Source of the DNA: an uncultured Candidatus Saccharibacteria bacterium | GTDB lineage: Bacteria > Patescibacteriota > Minisyncoccia > Phycocordibacterales > UBA6899 | Reading direction: 5' to 3' | NCBI GenBank assembly: GCA_964386905.1 | Contig: CAYLUP010000001.1 | Coordinates: 109,660-173,659 of the forward strand | Length of the DNA: 64,000 nucleotides | Shown: positions 28,612-38,822 of the stretch, in pieces | Layout: each line of letters opens with the position of its first letter | How positions within the stretch are numbered: position 1 is the first letter of the stretch | Notes under the pieces: model-generated | Told to the model about the DNA's origin: nothing | The model's database searches: none | What the model saw: only the letters and a program-made list of their open reading frames with translations | Made by a program: the position numbers and the translations under genes

Positions 28612-29838
28612 ATGTCTTCACCTCGTGTACTTATGCTTGGATGGGAATTGCCGCCACACAACAGTGGCGGTCTTGGCGTTGCCTGTGAGGGGCTGACGAA
28701 GGGCCTTGCGGACCTTGGTGTCCAGATTGATTTTCTCTTACCATTTGCTGGAGTTGATGATACGCATCCCTATATGCGCGTACATGCAATGGTTAATGCA
28801 GCGGTAGCAGACAAGGAGACACTTGCACAATATGCGCGCCTGCTTGCATCCCCATATATGTCTGAAGAGGAATATGCGACTTTAATCCAGAAAACTCCCG
28901 GGCTATCGCTATATGGTGCGTCACTTTTTCAGCTTGTTGAGCTTTTTGTGGATTATGCCGAGAGAAAATCACGAGACCTCTCTTTCGATGTTATTCACGC
29001 GCATGATTGGTTGACATATTTAGCCGGTATCCGTATCAAGGAGCGTACAGGAAAACCTCTTATTGTACATGTTCATGCAACAGAATACGACAGGACAGGG
29101 GACAATCCAAACCCCCGTATAAAAGAAATTGAACTTCTCGGCCTTCATGTTGCAGATGCTGTGATTACTGTCTCTGGACACACAAAAAAGATCGTTGCAA
29201 CCAAATATCATATCGAAGAAGACAAGATTTTTGTCGTTCATAATGGAGTTTTGCCTATTCATCCTGTGAAGCGTCTTCCCCCTGCCATTGGCCTTCTTCG
29301 CGCTCAGGGTTATCATATTGTTCTTTTTGTCGGCCGCATCACTATACAAAAGGGGCCAGAATATTTTTTGTATATGGCTCAAAAAGTGTTGCACTATATT
29401 CCAAAGACTGTTTTTGTTGTATCTGGATCAGGGGATATGGAACACCAAATGATGACGCTTGCTGCGTCTCTCGGGATTAGCCAAAGTGTAATGTTTGCAG
29501 GATTCCTTCGCGGGAATGAACTCATGGAGGTGTATGGTGGATCAGATGTGTACGTCATGCCTTCCGTTTCGGAGCCATTCGGAATTACCGCTCTCGAAGC
29601 AGCACAACATGGCTCTTCACTCCTCCTTTCAAAACAGTCTGGTGCGCGAGAAGTTATTGGTGGTGCATTTGTTGCAGACTTTTGGGATACCGATGAAATG
29701 GCAAATATTGTTGTAAATATTATCCGAAGTCCTGGGCTTCGAAAGACCATTCGTGACCACGCGAAAGAAGATGCTGCACGTGCGACTTGGGATCTCGCAG
29801 CAGAAAAAACCTTAGCAGTCTATTCACGATACTCATAA
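28612..29838 (+). CDS. Glycosyltransferase, glycogen/alpha-glucan synthase-like (GT4/GT5 fold)
   Basis: N-terminal LMLGWELPPHNSGGLGVACEGL (KTGGL-like) and C-terminal GT-B domain E-x7-E region; start at MSSPRV. Confidence 0.7.
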   Translation: MSSPRVLMLGWELPPHNSGGLGVACEGLTKGLADLGVQIDFLLPFAGVDDTHPYMRVHAMVNAAVADKETLAQYARLLASPYMSEEEYATLIQKTPGLSLYGASLFQLVELFVDYAERKSRDLSFDVIHAHDWLTYLAGIRIKERTGKPLIVHVHATEYDRTGDNPNPRIKEIELLGLHVADAVITVSGHTKKIVATKYHIEEDKIFVVHNGVLPIHPVKRLPPAIGLLRAQGYHIVLFVGRITIQKGPEYFLYMAQKVLHYIPKTVFVVSGSGDMEHQMMTLAASLGISQSVMFAGFLRGNELMEVYGGSDVYVMPSVSEPFGITALEAAQHGSSLLLSKQSGAREVIGGAFVADFWDTDEMANIVVNIIRSPGLRKTIRDHAKEDAARATWDLAAEKTLAVYSRYS

Positions 29839-29840
29839 TT

Positions 29841-31043
29841 ATGCCTTCACTTTGCTTTTACTTTCAAATTCATCAGCCATATCGTGTAAGAAAGATGCGT
29901 GTTTTTGATGTAGGTTCCCACGGAGGATATTTCGATGAAGAACACGATACGCTAAGGAATAACCGGAAGATTGCTGAGAAGGTGGCGATAAAGTCATATA
30001 TCCCAATGCTTCGTTTGTTAAAGCATCTCTTAGACGTTCATCCTGAATTTCGTTTTTCTTTTTCTATTTCTGGTGTTGCCCTCAAACAGTTTGAGGATTG
30101 GGTGCCAGAAGTTATAGCGCTCTTGCAAGATCTTGCGCGAACAGGGCGTGTGGAATTTTTGAGTGAAACATTTCACCACTCGTTGTCGTTTTTATACTCA
30201 AAGCGTGAATTTCAAAGACAAGTGGAGGCGCACAAGCACTATATTGAACGCTTGTTTGGTGTTACTCCAACATCATTTCGTAATACAGAATTAATCTATA
30301 ATAACGAACTCGCAAAACTTGTCGAAGACATGGGGTATGTCGCAATCCTTTCTGAGGGGTGGGATCCACTCCTCCAGGGAAGGTCTCCAAACTTCGTATA
30401 TCAAGCACCAAATGTGTCACGAATCGTTACCTTACTAAAGAACTACAAACTCTCAGATGATATTGCTTTTCGTTTCGGTTGCCAAGGATGGGAATCCTGG
30501 CCGTTAACATCTGAAAAGTTCGCGCATTGGGTACACCAGACAGCCGGTAATGGCGAGCTCGTCAATCTGTTTATGGATTTTGAGACCTTTGGTGAACACC
30601 AGTGGTCTGAGACTGGCATCTTTGATTTTATGAAGGCACTTCCGGGAGAAGTTCTTAAGCATCCAGATTTTGACTTTGTTACTGTTACAGAAGCAGCAAC
30701 GCGTTATCCTGTCCGAGGAATATATGATGCACATGCTCCAGTGACTTGGGCAGATACAGAAAGAGATCTTACCGCATGGATGGGTAACCCTATGCAGAGA
30801 GAGGCACTTAGAGCATGTTACGCGCTCGAAGATGCAGTGTACGAAACTGCAGCAACAGACATTATCGAAGACTGGAGAAAGCTCACAACATCTGATCATT
30901 TTTACTACATGTGTACAAAATACTTTGCTGACGGAGACGTCCACAAATACTTCAGTCCATTTGAATCACCATATGATGCGTTTGTGGCGTACTCAAACGC
31001 ACTTGCAGATATGCGTTCTCGGCTCCATTTGCACTCAAAATAA
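29841..31043 (+). CDS. Glycoside hydrolase family 57 (alpha-amylase / 4-alpha-glucanotransferase type)
   Basis: HQPYR start motif, GH57 catalytic-region conservation; ATG 3 nt after upstream stop. Confidence 0.7.
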   Translation: MPSLCFYFQIHQPYRVRKMRVFDVGSHGGYFDEEHDTLRNNRKIAEKVAIKSYIPMLRLLKHLLDVHPEFRFSFSISGVALKQFEDWVPEVIALLQDLARTGRVEFLSETFHHSLSFLYSKREFQRQVEAHKHYIERLFGVTPTSFRNTELIYNNELAKLVEDMGYVAILSEGWDPLLQGRSPNFVYQAPNVSRIVTLLKNYKLSDDIAFRFGCQGWESWPLTSEKFAHWVHQTAGNGELVNLFMDFETFGEHQWSETGIFDFMKALPGEVLKHPDFDFVTVTEAATRYPVRGIYDAHAPVTWADTERDLTAWMGNPMQREALRACYALEDAVYETAATDIIEDWRKLTTSDHFYYMCTKYFADGDVHKYFSPFESPYDAFVAYSNALADMRSRLHLHSK

Positions 31044-31047
31044 TACT

Positions 31048-33021
31048 ATGCGTTCATTTTCATACGGAAACGGGTCAACACTTCTTATGGTAGACAATCT
31101 CGGAAGAATTCGAGATTGTTATTTTCCATATGTCGGTCTTGAGAATCACATTGGGTCAAATCAAATGCACCGTATTGGTGTGTGGATTGATGGAGTTTTT
31201 TCCTGGACCGATGATGGGACATGGGCGATAACATGTTCAAGCGACACGTCGTATGTGGGGCATGTTTCATTTGTATCAGAGTCTCTCGGGCTTATTCTGG
31301 AATGTGAAGATGTTCTTTATAATGGAAAAAATATTTTCATTCGTCGTATTCATGCTTTGAACACACGAAATGGAAAGCGAGTGTTGCGCATCTTTTTCTA
31401 TTCACAGTTTGAGATTGCAGCAACGGCAAAAGGGGATACTGTTTTTTATGATCCTTCTATTAATGCAATTATTCACTATGAAGGATCGCGCGCTTTCTTA
31501 CTTGCGGGTGATGTTGCTGGAAGAGGGATGAGTGATTGGACTGTCGGTTTGTCACAGATTGAGGGTAAAGAGGGAACATATAAAGATGCAGAGGATGGTG
31601 TCTTGTCTCAGAATCCGATTGAACATGGCCGTGTTGATTCAACATTTGCACTCGAAGGTGAATTGGACGACAATCTGCCGACTGTATTTTCTCAATGGCT
31701 GTGTATTGCTGAAAGTATTGAACAGGTACTTGATTTGCATGCAGACGTACTTTCTCGATCGCCTGAATATCTTGCTTCATCTGCACGAAGTTACTGGCAT
31801 GCATGGATTACTCGCAGTGATTGGAATTTTTATGCTCTCCCGGCTTCAGTTGTTGATCTCTTTTTGAAATCACAATTTATTCTACGTTCACACGCAGATA
31901 AAAATGGGGCAGTTATTGCCTCAGGTGATGCAGATATGCTTCAGGGTGGCCGAGATACGTACTGTTATATGTGGCCACGTGATGGAGCGTACATCGCAAG
32001 TGCATTTATATTATCTGATGATTATGCCCCAGCTCGACGATTTTTTGAATTTTGTTCTCATGTTCTGACACATGAAGGATATATGCAACACAAATATCGT
32101 CCAGATGGAGCACTGGGTTCTTCCTGGCACGGCTGGGTTGTCAATCATAAAAAAGAACTCCCTATTCAGGAAGATGAGACTGCGCTTGTGCTTTGGGCGC
32201 TAAAAGAGTACTGGTTGGCGACAAGAGATATGGAGTTTATTGAAAATATGTACGACTCGTTTATAAAAAGAGCGGGTTATTTTCTCGTGTCGCACAGAGA
32301 TGTCTATACCGGACTCCCAAAGCCATCTTATGATTTATGGGAAGAACGTTTTGGTGTTCATACGTATACAGCAGCTGCAACATATGCTGGCCTGGTTGCC
32401 GCCGCAGAGTTTTCCTCGTTGCTAGGAAAAGAGCGAAATGCGTCTGATTTTCTGCAGGTTGCCGAAGACATGCGATCTGCAATCCTTAATCACCTCTACG
32501 ATGCATCTTCTGGGAACTTTTATCGTTTGCTTTATGTGTCTCCAGACAACATATATCTTCCAGATCTAACGATTGATGCTTCAAGCGCATATGGGATATT
32601 TATGTTTGGTGTACTAGACAAAAATGATAGTAGGTTGGTTACGGCAATGAAACAATCAAAAAAGGCTTTGTCTGTAATGACTCCTGTTGGCGGAATCGCT
32701 CGGTATGTCGGTGATAAATATTACAACACAACAAACATTGCGGAGGGAAATCCTTGGATTATCACGAGTCTTTGGTGGTCCCAATATGACATTGCCCGTG
32801 CTCAAAATGATGATGATCTTGACCATGTTCGTCAGAGCCTCGAACGCATCGCTCGTTTTGGTGGAGCGACTGGTATCCTTCCTGAACAGCTGCACCCAAA
32901 TACTGCTGCGCCGCTTTCGGCCTCTCCGCTTGCATGGAGTCATGCAGAATACGTTCGCACTGTAGTTTTGTACCTAGAAAAGTGTAAAACGCTCGGCATT
33001 ATCCCTCACATTCATCAATGA
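31048..33021 (+). CDS. Glycoside hydrolase family 15 (glucoamylase/glucodextranase-like)
   Basis: N-terminal beta-sandwich + (alpha/alpha)6 domain with YCYMWPRDGAY and WHGW motifs; start MRSFSYG immediately after GH57 stop. Confidence 0.75.
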   Translation: MRSFSYGNGSTLLMVDNLGRIRDCYFPYVGLENHIGSNQMHRIGVWIDGVFSWTDDGTWAITCSSDTSYVGHVSFVSESLGLILECEDVLYNGKNIFIRRIHALNTRNGKRVLRIFFYSQFEIAATAKGDTVFYDPSINAIIHYEGSRAFLLAGDVAGRGMSDWTVGLSQIEGKEGTYKDAEDGVLSQNPIEHGRVDSTFALEGELDDNLPTVFSQWLCIAESIEQVLDLHADVLSRSPEYLASSARSYWHAWITRSDWNFYALPASVVDLFLKSQFILRSHADKNGAVIASGDADMLQGGRDTYCYMWPRDGAYIASAFILSDDYAPARRFFEFCSHVLTHEGYMQHKYRPDGALGSSWHGWVVNHKKELPIQEDETALVLWALKEYWLATRDMEFIENMYDSFIKRAGYFLVSHRDVYTGLPKPSYDLWEERFGVHTYTAAATYAGLVAAAEFSSLLGKERNASDFLQVAEDMRSAILNHLYDASSGNFYRLLYVSPDNIYLPDLTIDASSAYGIFMFGVLDKNDSRLVTAMKQSKKALSVMTPVGGIARYVGDKYYNTTNIAEGNPWIITSLWWSQYDIARAQNDDDLDHVRQSLERIARFGGATGILPEQLHPNTAAPLSASPLAWSHAEYVRTVVLYLEKCKTLGIIPHIHQ

Positions 33022-33022
33022 T

Positions 33023-34297
33023 ATGATTATGAAGTATTCTTCCAGGCACGTTAAAAAGCGCGTACTACCACTTGTCACAACATCGCGTATGCAGCGTATT
33101 CATGCACTCCAAAAAAGCTCTATCCATGAATACCAAGAGTATCTTGATGTTTTGAAAGCGCCTTTCGACCCACAGTTCATTGTTCACTCAGAACTGATGG
33201 TAAAAAAGTTGTACAGCAATAACTTGAAATGCATTTTTGTCGTTGGTATTGGCGGATCAAGTTTGGGTACAAAGGCGATTGTTTCTGCGCTACCAAGAAG
33301 AAGTGGTCAGCCTGAAATCATTTTTCTTGAGTCTCTGGAATCTGCTGTGTTTGAACGATGTGAGTATACAATATCCCAACTGAACAATAACGATGAATTC
33401 GTTGTTTGTCTTATTTCAAAAGCAGGTGGAACTACAGAATCAATAGCAAACTTTTCTGTATTATTACGTCTTCTTGAACACATACCAGGGTATGCTGAAC
33501 GTGTCGTTGCTATTACGATTCCCAAGAGCCCTCTTGCAGACGTTGCAAAACAGCAAGGCTATCAATGTCTCTATATCCCCGAGCGTGTTTCTGGCCGTTT
33601 TTCGGTATTTACCCATGTTGGCATATTCCCACTCCTTCTTGCGGGATACCCTGTAGTAAGTGTTTTGGAGGGCGCTCGACATGCTGCAGCGTCTCTTGGT
33701 ACACCTTACGATCCCACAAGGAGACTCACAGAAGATATTCTTTCGTCCGTACATGAAGGTTTAATTGGGATTGATTTCTTTTTCTTTAATTCTGAGTTAG
33801 AAGATCTTGGGAAATGGTCTAGGCAACTTTATGCGGAAAGTCTTGGAAAAGAACACGATAACGATGGGAGGGAGGTCCATGCGGGAGTATTTCCAACAGT
33901 TACAATAGGGAGTGTGGATCTGCACTCTATGGTTCAATTGTACTTTGGTGGGCCAAAACGCCATACAACCATTTTTATTCCACCACTTACGGGAAAATCA
34001 TTTGTGATTCCAGCGCACCCAGCCACCACTATTGTTCCAGGCGTTGCAGGTCGCACACATCATGAAATTAATAGGGCAATTTATGAAGGCGTGAAAGAGG
34101 CCTACGCGCAACACGCACTTCCGTATGTGGAAATGGAATTTGCTGCATTGAATGCTGAAATGCTCGGGTTTTATTTGCAGCTCCACATGCAAACTGTTGC
34201 TCTTTTGGCTTCTGCATTTCATATTGAAGGGTTTACTCAGCCAAATGTGGAAGATTATAAAATAATTACAAAACGCATACTCTCAAAAGGCCTATGA
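33023..34297 (+). CDS. pgi: Glucose-6-phosphate isomerase (short PGI form)
   Basis: VVGIGGSSLGTKAI SIS motif and C-terminal PGI catalytic region. Confidence 0.75.
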   Translation: MIMKYSSRHVKKRVLPLVTTSRMQRIHALQKSSIHEYQEYLDVLKAPFDPQFIVHSELMVKKLYSNNLKCIFVVGIGGSSLGTKAIVSALPRRSGQPEIIFLESLESAVFERCEYTISQLNNNDEFVVCLISKAGGTTESIANFSVLLRLLEHIPGYAERVVAITIPKSPLADVAKQQGYQCLYIPERVSGRFSVFTHVGIFPLLLAGYPVVSVLEGARHAAASLGTPYDPTRRLTEDILSSVHEGLIGIDFFFFNSELEDLGKWSRQLYAESLGKEHDNDGREVHAGVFPTVTIGSVDLHSMVQLYFGGPKRHTTIFIPPLTGKSFVIPAHPATTIVPGVAGRTHHEINRAIYEGVKEAYAQHALPYVEMEFAALNAEMLGFYLQLHMQTVALLASAFHIEGFTQPNVEDYKIITKRILSKGL

Positions 34298-35139
34298 CAT
34301 TCGCACTATATGATATTGGAGGGACAAAGACACGTATCGCCATTAGTCGTGATGGAATCAATTTTGAAGAACCTCAAATTATTAATACCCCGAAAGACTA
34401 TCGTGAAGGCATCGACAAGATTGCCCATATTACAAAAGAGCTCGCACAAGGTGAAATTACGGCGGCCGGAGGCGGAATAGCAGGAGTTCTTTCAAAAGAC
34501 AGATCTCTTTTTCTTGAAGGTCCACACTTACTCGGTTGGGGTGGTCGAGCAATTCCAAAGCTATTGTCTGATGCACTTGAGTGCCCTGTGTATCTGGAAA
34601 ATGATACTGCAATTGTGGGTCTCGGAGAGGCCCATAACGGGGCAGGGCGCGGAGGTGAAATTGTTGCATATATGACTGTTTCGACTGGTGTTGGTGGTGT
34701 TCGAATTGTTCATGGGAAAATTGATGTTGCTACTTTTGGTTTTGAACCGGGACATCAGATCTTCGACGCAGGAGGTGCACTTCATAAGGGTGTTGCTGGG
34801 TATGGCATTGATCTCGAGGGTTATATTTCAGGAAGCGCGGTTGAAATGCGTTACGGAAAGAAACCTTTTGAGATTACAGATCATGCGTTTTGGGATGAGA
34901 TGGCCCGTCTTCTTGCATATGGATTGAATAACACGATCGTTCACTGGTCTCCAGATGTTGTTGTTATCGGAGGTTCGATGATGAAACAGATTGGTATTCC
35001 AATAAATAGAGTTCGTGAGCATCTTGCGGGTATTTTGCATATCTATCCACAGCTTCCACGTATTGTTAAGGCTGAACTCGGAGATATTGGAGGAATTCAT
35101 GGTGCGTTGCAACATGTAAAAAACTCTCTCAAAAAATAA
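34294..35139 (+). CDS. ROK-family glucokinase
   Basis: ALYDIGGTKTRIAI N-terminal ATPase motif, ROK glycine-rich segments; ATGA overlap with pgi stop. Confidence 0.8.
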   Translation: MTFALYDIGGTKTRIAISRDGINFEEPQIINTPKDYREGIDKIAHITKELAQGEITAAGGGIAGVLSKDRSLFLEGPHLLGWGGRAIPKLLSDALECPVYLENDTAIVGLGEAHNGAGRGGEIVAYMTVSTGVGGVRIVHGKIDVATFGFEPGHQIFDAGGALHKGVAGYGIDLEGYISGSAVEMRYGKKPFEITDHAFWDEMARLLAYGLNNTIVHWSPDVVVIGGSMMKQIGIPINRVREHLAGILHIYPQLPRIVKAELGDIGGIHGALQHVKNSLKK

Positions 35140-35163
35140 AAAGGACGTTTCGTCCTTTTTGTT
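35139..35163 (+). terminator. Hairpin terminator (aaaaaggacgtttcgtccttttt)
   Basis: Stem-loop + T-run. Confidence 0.7.
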
Positions 35164-35195
35164 TTCATTTTTCAAATATTCGTTATACTTCAAGC

Positions 35196-36413
35196 ATGCT
35201 TCGATTTGAAATAACAAAACGGTTTGGAAAACTTGGAAGAACGGGGATTATCCATACCCCTCATGGAAAAATTCAGACTCCTGCATTTATAACCGTTGGG
35301 ACAAAAGCGACTGTCAAGGCTCTGACTCCTGAAATGGTAAAAAGCCTTGGAGCACAAGCAACACTCGAAAATACATATCACTTATATTTGCAACCAGGAG
35401 ACGATGTTGTGTGTGATGCGGGAGGAGTTGCAAAATTTATGCATTGGGACGGTCCGACCTTTACAGACTCAGGAGGATTTCAAGTCTTCTCTTTAGGTGC
35501 CGCATTTGGAAAAGGTGTTTCGAAGGTTGCCTCTGGTGAGAATTCAGATATGAGTGAAGATGGGAGGTCTCGTCCGCAGACCACGCATGCTGCGCTTGCA
35601 CACATTGATGAAGAGGGTGTTTCGTTTAAATCTCATATTGACGGGAGTGCACATCGCTTCACTCCTGAAAAATCCATGGAAATCCAGCATAATCTTGGTG
35701 CAGATATTACGTTTGCATTTGACGAGTGCACATCCCCACACGATCCAGAAGACTATCAAGTAGAGGCGTTAGATCGAACACACCGTTGGGCAAAACGCTC
35801 GCTTGCGCGGCACGAGCAACTTGGTGTGTCTTCTGCAACAGGGAAACAGCAGGCATTGTATGGTGTTGTTCAGGGGGGAAAGTATAAAAACCTGCGTGAA
35901 TATTCTGCAAAGACTCTTGGGGAAATGGATTTCGATGGATATGGTATAGGCGGATCGTTCAATAAGGAGGATATTGGGACTGCAGTTGCATGGGTGAATG
36001 CAGTTCTTCCTGAGGATAAGCCGCGTCACCTTCTTGGGATTGGTGAACCAATTGACCTTTTTCTTGGATGTGAAAATGGTGTTGATACATTTGACTGCGT
36101 CGCTCCGACTCGTTTAGGGAGGAATGGGGGAGCATATACAAGAGAAGGAAGAATCAATTTACGTAACGCACAATACGTAAAAGATCTTGCACCGATTGAT
36201 GAGAAGTGCCCTTGTTATACCTGTACGCATTATACAAAAGCGTACGTTGCACACCTCTTTCGTGCAGAAGAAATGCTCGCCGCAACGTTACTTTCTATCC
36301 ATAATTTGTATTTTATTACACGTCTCGTTGATGAAATTCGAGTACACATGGAGACGGGGGCAGGATATGATGAATTTAAAAGGAATTTCCTTCAAGGATA
36401 CTATAAAACATAG
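35196..36413 (+). CDS. tgt: Queuine tRNA-ribosyltransferase (tRNA-guanine transglycosylase)
   Basis: TPAFITVGTKATVK, catalytic Asp regions, zinc site CPCYTCTHYTKAYVAHL. Confidence 0.9.
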   Translation: MLRFEITKRFGKLGRTGIIHTPHGKIQTPAFITVGTKATVKALTPEMVKSLGAQATLENTYHLYLQPGDDVVCDAGGVAKFMHWDGPTFTDSGGFQVFSLGAAFGKGVSKVASGENSDMSEDGRSRPQTTHAALAHIDEEGVSFKSHIDGSAHRFTPEKSMEIQHNLGADITFAFDECTSPHDPEDYQVEALDRTHRWAKRSLARHEQLGVSSATGKQQALYGVVQGGKYKNLREYSAKTLGEMDFDGYGIGGSFNKEDIGTAVAWVNAVLPEDKPRHLLGIGEPIDLFLGCENGVDTFDCVAPTRLGRNGGAYTREGRINLRNAQYVKDLAPIDEKCPCYTCTHYTKAYVAHLFRAEEMLAATLLSIHNLYFITRLVDEIRVHMETGAGYDEFKRNFLQGYYKT

Positions 36414-36473
36414 ATATACCCAGGAATATTTTCTTTCGCTATTACTCTAGAATAATTACGGTACAATAGGAAT

Positions 36474-36845
36474 ATGAAAAAGCTGGTTATTGCATGTGTG
36501 CTGTTACTCCCAATATCTCTTTTTGCACAATCCGTAGATTATGACTGTGAAGGAAAGGGTGTTATTTGTAATCCCCTAATTCACCAGACTGTTAATGGAG
36601 AACAAGTAGAAACGCTTCCACAGTTGTTAAACTTCCTTCTCGACTTGCTCGTTCGTGTGTCTATACCAATTATTACTGTCGCTATTATTTGGACTGGTTT
36701 TGTCTATGCTACCTCTAAGGGTGATCCTACAAAGCTAAAAAAAGCTCATGCAATGGCATTATATATTGTTCTTGGCGCAGGACTTGTTTTTCTGTCAAAG
36801 GGTCTGCAGCTCGCCATTCAATCAACAATAGATACATTGAAATAG
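36474..36845 (+). CDS. Small secreted two-TM-helix protein, VirB2/TrbC pilin-like topology (paralog 1 of 6)
   Basis: Sec signal peptide (..SLFAQS), Cys pair, then hydrophobic hairpin IPIITVAIIWTGFVYATSKGD...AMALYIVLGAGLVFLSKG. Confidence 0.6.
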   Translation: MKKLVIACVLLLPISLFAQSVDYDCEGKGVICNPLIHQTVNGEQVETLPQLLNFLLDLLVRVSIPIITVAIIWTGFVYATSKGDPTKLKKAHAMALYIVLGAGLVFLSKGLQLAIQSTIDTLK

Positions 36846-36846
36846 T

Positions 36847-37185
36847 ATGAATAAATTTTCTCTCGTTATCGTGTTCATTTCATTTCCAGCACTTGCCGTT
36901 GCTGCGAATTTTCGAGATGCTGCTGAGTTCGCACTTGGGGTTGTTTCGACACTAATGCAAACGTTATTTGCTTTTATTTCCTTGGGGATTATATATACAG
37001 TATATAGGTATATTTCGGCTGTTAGGAAAGGAGATAAAGACGCCGTACGGTTTCGCTCAATGCTCATATGGGCTATTGTCGGGCTTGCAGTTGCCTTTGC
37101 GTTGTGGGGGATTATCACGCTTCTGGCAAATACTCTTGGATGGTCGAATGTTGGAATCCCACAGTTAAAAGCACCTACACTTTAG
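36847..37185 (+). CDS. Small secreted two-TM-helix protein, VirB2/TrbC pilin-like (paralog 2)
   Basis: Signal peptide (..ALAVAANF) then FISLGIIYTVYRYISAVRKGDKD...MLIWAIVGLAVAFALWGIITLL. Confidence 0.6.
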   Translation: MNKFSLVIVFISFPALAVAANFRDAAEFALGVVSTLMQTLFAFISLGIIYTVYRYISAVRKGDKDAVRFRSMLIWAIVGLAVAFALWGIITLLANTLGWSNVGIPQLKAPTL

Positions 37186-37188
37186 CCT

Positions 37189-37542
37189 ATGACAAAACGT
37201 ATTTTCTATTTGTTTAGTCTCTCAATTTTCATTTTTCCAGTTATTGTTTTTGCCGCACCTGGAGATAATGTACAGTCGCTTTGGTCATATGCAATGACGA
37301 TTATTCAACGCCTCACACAGTTGTTTTGGGTGCTCTCTGTGATGACTTTTTTGTGGGGCTTGATTGATTATCTTCGAAAACAAGATTCTCCTGCCGAGCA
37401 GGCGAAAGCAAAGCAATTGATGATTCACGCAGTTATTGCTTTTACGATTGCAGTGTCATTTTGGGCATTCGTATCATATGTTATTCGATCTGCAAATCTT
37501 GATGCTGGGCAACAATCAATTCCTAAGGTATATGCAAAATAA
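37189..37542 (+). CDS. Small secreted two-TM-helix protein, VirB2/TrbC pilin-like (paralog 3)
   Basis: Signal peptide (..VIVFAAPG) then VLSVMTFLWGLIDYLRKQDSP...LMIHAVIAFTIAVSFWAFVSYV. Confidence 0.6.
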   Translation: MTKRIFYLFSLSIFIFPVIVFAAPGDNVQSLWSYAMTIIQRLTQLFWVLSVMTFLWGLIDYLRKQDSPAEQAKAKQLMIHAVIAFTIAVSFWAFVSYVIRSANLDAGQQSIPKVYAK

Positions 37543-37567
37543 AAAACTCCTTACGGAGTTTTTTTAT
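37541..37567. terminator. Bidirectional hairpin terminator (aaaaaactccttacggagttttttt) between convergent paralogs 3 and 4
   Basis: Palindrome flanked by A-run and T-run. Confidence 0.7.
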
Positions 37568-37938
37568 TATCTGTCGATAACATCAGGGATAACATTGCTG
37601 ATGTTGTCTGGTGTACCAGCCACTTCAAGAGTTTGGTTGTCGAGGCCAACTGTTTTTGAAACATAACCAAGAATGCTCCAAATTCCTACCATAAGGAAGA
37701 GGGCAACGCCTGAGTTCACCATGATCTGTTTTCCTTGCTTTTTAAGTTCTGCATTTTCTGCATTCTGGATGAACTTGATAAGACCCCAGAAAAAGAATGC
37801 GACTGCAAGTGGAACTGCAATACCAAGGAAAAAATTGAGTACACGTTTAATTGTGTCGAGCGTGTCGTCGAGTGGTGTCTGCGCCGATGCAATAAATGGC
37901 ATTGCAAGCACTGCTGCAAAAATATATCGTTTATACAT
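37567..37938 (-). CDS. Small secreted two-TM-helix protein, VirB2/TrbC pilin-like (paralog 4, opposite strand)
   Basis: Start at MYKRYIFAAVLAMPFIASAQTP (signal peptide) then FLGIAVPLAVAFFFWGLIKFIQNAENAE...IMVNSGVALFLMVGIWSILGYV. Confidence 0.55.
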   Translation of the reverse strand: MYKRYIFAAVLAMPFIASAQTPLDDTLDTIKRVLNFFLGIAVPLAVAFFFWGLIKFIQNAENAELKKQGKQIMVNSGVALFLMVGIWSILGYVSKTVGLDNQTLEVAGTPDNISNVIPDVIDR

Positions 37939-38056
37939 AAGTAATGTAATACTAATAATCAATTGATTACTCTTATAGTATACGGTGTTGATAGCGCATT
38001 GGAAAGGATGTTGTCCACAGTGCGATGATATAAAATGGTTGTGATATACTATAAAC

Positions 38057-38401
38057 ATGAAAAAAAGTGCGATTCCGCTGGCGTTTTCCATGATTGCCGT
38101 ATTGCCTCAGATTGTTTTAGCGGTCGAAATTACTCATTCAGTCAGTAGCTTTATGGGGAAGGTGTACGAAAATATCGTTAACCCAGCGATAACTGTTTTA
38201 TTCGCAATTGCAATTTTATACCTCTCCTGGTCGGTTTTTCAATATACATTTCAAGGAGATAAGGTAGACAAAGACAAACTCAAGGCCTCACTCATCTATG
38301 GTGTCCTTGGTGTGTTTATTATGTCAACGGTGTTTGCAATTGTGAAATTTATTGCGACTTCAGTTGGTGGTGATGCAAACAGTGTAATGAACAGCATTTA
38401 A
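38057..38401 (+). CDS. Small secreted two-TM-helix protein, VirB2/TrbC pilin-like (paralog 5)
   Basis: Signal peptide (..IVLAVEI) then ITVLFAIAILYLSWSVFQYTFQGDKVDKD...LIYGVLGVFIMSTVFAIVKFI. Confidence 0.6.
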   Translation: MKKSAIPLAFSMIAVLPQIVLAVEITHSVSSFMGKVYENIVNPAITVLFAIAILYLSWSVFQYTFQGDKVDKDKLKASLIYGVLGVFIMSTVFAIVKFIATSVGGDANSVMNSI

Positions 38402-38414
38402 ATATGATAATCGT

Positions 38415-38783
38415 ATGATGAAATATATCTTTACTGTAACGGCATATTCCTTGGTTCTGTGTTTTCCAGTATTTACATTCGCAGCAGGCCAAAATCTTGA
38501 TTCAACATTTTCCTACATCTTTAACATTCTCGAGAAGATCTCTCAAATGCTCATTCCAGCTGGTTTTCTCTTCTTCCTTTTCCGAATGATGCGATTTATG
38601 AAGGATTCTCATTCTGGATCAACCGATCTCGCCAAGAGCAAGAGCATGCTGATTTGGTCAGCGATAGCATTATTTTTTATGGTAGGGATCTGGTCAGTTG
38701 TTGCATATGTTCAAGGAACAGTATTTGGTGGAAACATGCAAAGTGATATTACCAATCGTCCAGCACTTCCGACTTCTCTTTAA
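38415..38783 (+). CDS. Small secreted two-TM-helix protein, VirB2/TrbC pilin-like (paralog 6)
   Basis: Signal peptide (..VFTFAAGQ) then MLIPAGFLFFLFRMMRFMKDSHSGS...MLIWSAIALFFMVGIWSVVAYV. Confidence 0.6.
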   Translation: MMKYIFTVTAYSLVLCFPVFTFAAGQNLDSTFSYIFNILEKISQMLIPAGFLFFLFRMMRFMKDSHSGSTDLAKSKSMLIWSAIALFFMVGIWSVVAYVQGTVFGGNMQSDITNRPALPTSL

Positions 38784-38822
38784 TCCAATACAAAAAGCCC
38801 CGCAATATGCGGGGCTATATGA

